Shown here in pieces: positions 62,562 to 64,000 of a stretch of 64,000 nt of DNA; position 1 is the stretch's first letter, and each line of letters starts with the position of its first letter. The translations under genes were made by a program, and so were the position numbers. The notes below the pieces were generated by a model. The model was not told the origin of the DNA. It made no database searches and saw nothing but the letters and a program-made list of their open reading frames with translations. The stretch comes from a virus (Duplodnaviria > Caudoviricetes). The stretch covers positions 36,101 through 100,100 of IMG/VR virus record IMGVR_UViG_3300032030_000037, one strand, 5' to 3'.

Positions 62562-64000
62562 TTAATCAAGTGTATTATTAAGTAGTAATCCAAGAACAGT
62601 TTCAGTCATAACATCTCCCTGAAGATTAACATCTCCCTTAAGTGCACGACCAACTACTTTATTGGAATAGCCGTAAGACAGAGCAGTATAGAATGACTTT
62701 TTGCTTAGGGTTGCTTTATTAGTTCCCTGGAATTCTATTTCTTCTATCTTTGCGGTATCTGGATTATAAGAAACTGAAGTAAGTCCTCTGAAGATAAGTT
62801 CAATAATCTCCTCCTGGGTAGAATGTAAATCACTAACTCCAGTTTTTCCATTGGGTAAGATATAGCCTTTATCTGTAAGTGTATACATCTGCTTCCTGAA
62901 GACGAGATAGATTGAATTAATATCGTCACCAAATCTGGAAATCACGTGGTTTATATTCACTACACCATTACATATTCTATCATATTTCTTGACTTGTGAT
63001 CCGTCGGGAAAATAATACATACATAACGGATTGTACTGATAAACACCACTTCCAATGTGAACTTCTATCTCTCCCTCAGGTGTTTCTACGTACTTGATTT
63101 CCCCATCTTCGAGCGCATAGCAATCTGATACAACTACATTATCTTTTTCAAAATATCTAAGACCGTCTGAGCCTTTAGCTTTCATTAACTGTATCATTGA
63201 ATTAAGTTTTGCAATAGGCGATACAGTATTGTAAGCACAGCAGATATTTTCTCCTTTGACAAATTTATCCTTCCCAAGAGTTACGAGATTGTCTGGTCGA
63301 GGGTATTTATAATCTTTTCCCCTCGATGTGACATAAATCCATCTTCCTTCTTCTCTAAACGTACAAGAAGCATGCTCACATACAAGATATCCAGATTTAT
63401 CTAATTCTCTTTCGTGACCTCCATGCTTAAGTCCTAATGCTCCTTGAGTTGTAGCCTCGGTGAAAGAAGTAGCAAAAGACAGACCAATGGCGGTTCCATC
63501 AGTAATTTTAAACTTAGTACCGATAAGGTCCGGAGTTATTACATTAAGATCTCCCTTATTTTTAGTAACTATAGAACGAACTGGAACTAAGTCATCCTCA
63601 TTTTGTCTTGCCATCTCTTTATCAGGATATACGGTTCCATTAGGTGCTGTTCTTCCAAGAGCTTTATATCTAGGAATCAAAAGACCAGGATTATCTTTAT
63701 CCTCCCCGTCATGATAGACATAATTATTTAGGACGAAAGATATCTGACGAGTGATATAACCAGATGACGGAACGCCTGACTGTTTGATAGATTGAAGTGA
63801 TCTATTTTCAATTGAGTGATAGATCATATCCTTTTCACCATAACCAGCCAGAAGATTACCTCTTGTTATAATTGGTTTCTCATCGACGCCCGAAATAATC
63901 AATTGTGGCATGTTAAGTGCAGATATAGAAGTAATTTTAACACGGGCAGCACGATCTAGCTCGTTTTTTAAGTCCTTTGAAAATTTACCTTCAATCTCTT
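62562..64000 (-). CDS. rpoC: Phage RNA polymerase beta' subunit, C-terminal part (starts beyond window)
   Basis: Bridge helix SGYITRQ, VRS, trigger loop AIG..FATSFTEATTQGALGLKHGG, SFYTALSY. The frame is open to the window edge. Confidence 0.85.
   Translation of the reverse strand, partial: EIEGKFSKDLKNELDRAARVKITSISALNMPQLIISGVDEKPIITRGNLLAGYGEKDMIYHSIENRSLQSIKQSGVPSSGYITRQISFVLNNYVYHDGEDKDNPGLLIPRYKALGRTAPNGTVYPDKEMARQNEDDLVPVRSIVTKNKGDLNVITPDLIGTKFKITDGTAIGLSFATSFTEATTQGALGLKHGGHERELDKSGYLVCEHASCTFREEGRWIYVTSRGKDYKYPRPDNLVTLGKDKFVKGENICCAYNTVSPIAKLNSMIQLMKAKGSDGLRYFEKDNVVVSDCYALEDGEIKYVETPEGEIEVHIGSGVYQYNPLCMYYFPDGSQVKKYDRICNGVVNINHVISRFGDDINSIYLVFRKQMYTLTDKGYILPNGKTGVSDLHSTQEEIIELIFRGLTSVSYNPDTAKIEEIEFQGTNKATLSKKSFYTALSYGYSNKVVGRALKGDVNLQGDVMTETVLGLLLNNTLD

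Noticed and set aside
1-64000. Stop-codon recoding as in some gut megaphages
   Set aside because: Long conserved genes are intact under code 11, and TAG and TGA both end genes at sensible boundaries.
1-64000. tRNA genes or a CRISPR array
   Set aside because: No cloverleaf with a T-arm and no regularly spaced repeats seen by eye. tRNAscan-SE and a CRISPR finder would confirm.

Overview
A gene-dense, AT-rich segment of a large (jumbo-type) dsDNA phage. The probable host is Bacteroidota: most genes lack Shine-Dalgarno sites, and the tail-fibre and small-protein families look Bacteroides/Prevotella-phage-like. The genetic code is standard. Recognisable genes: phage multisubunit RNA polymerase beta and a beta' C-terminal part, probable portal, tail-fibre paralogs, ClpC-like AAA+, M42 peptidase, RtcB interrupted by a group I intron with a LAGLIDADG homing endonuclease, CCA-adding enzyme, NadD, Nudix, PARG-like macrodomain, NADAR, an Acb1-like 2H phosphoesterase, and apparent pseudo-enzymes (IMPDH/GMPR-like and radical-SAM-like). 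Non-coding and sub-gene signals: (1) a recurrent promoter-like motif CCTTA-N5-G; (2) several ORF-less hairpin RNAs directly behind it; (3) a transcript carrying a pistol-like ribozyme and a canonical type III hammerhead that would release an 817-nt 5'-OH/2',3'-cyclic-phosphate RNA, the substrate chemistry of the phage's own RtcB (a candidate natural circular-RNA system); (4) about 11 unrelated proteins sharing an N-terminal 'MIILRQKxF/Y' leader, a candidate protein-targeting signal. All calls come from reading motifs by eye; no database searches were run.
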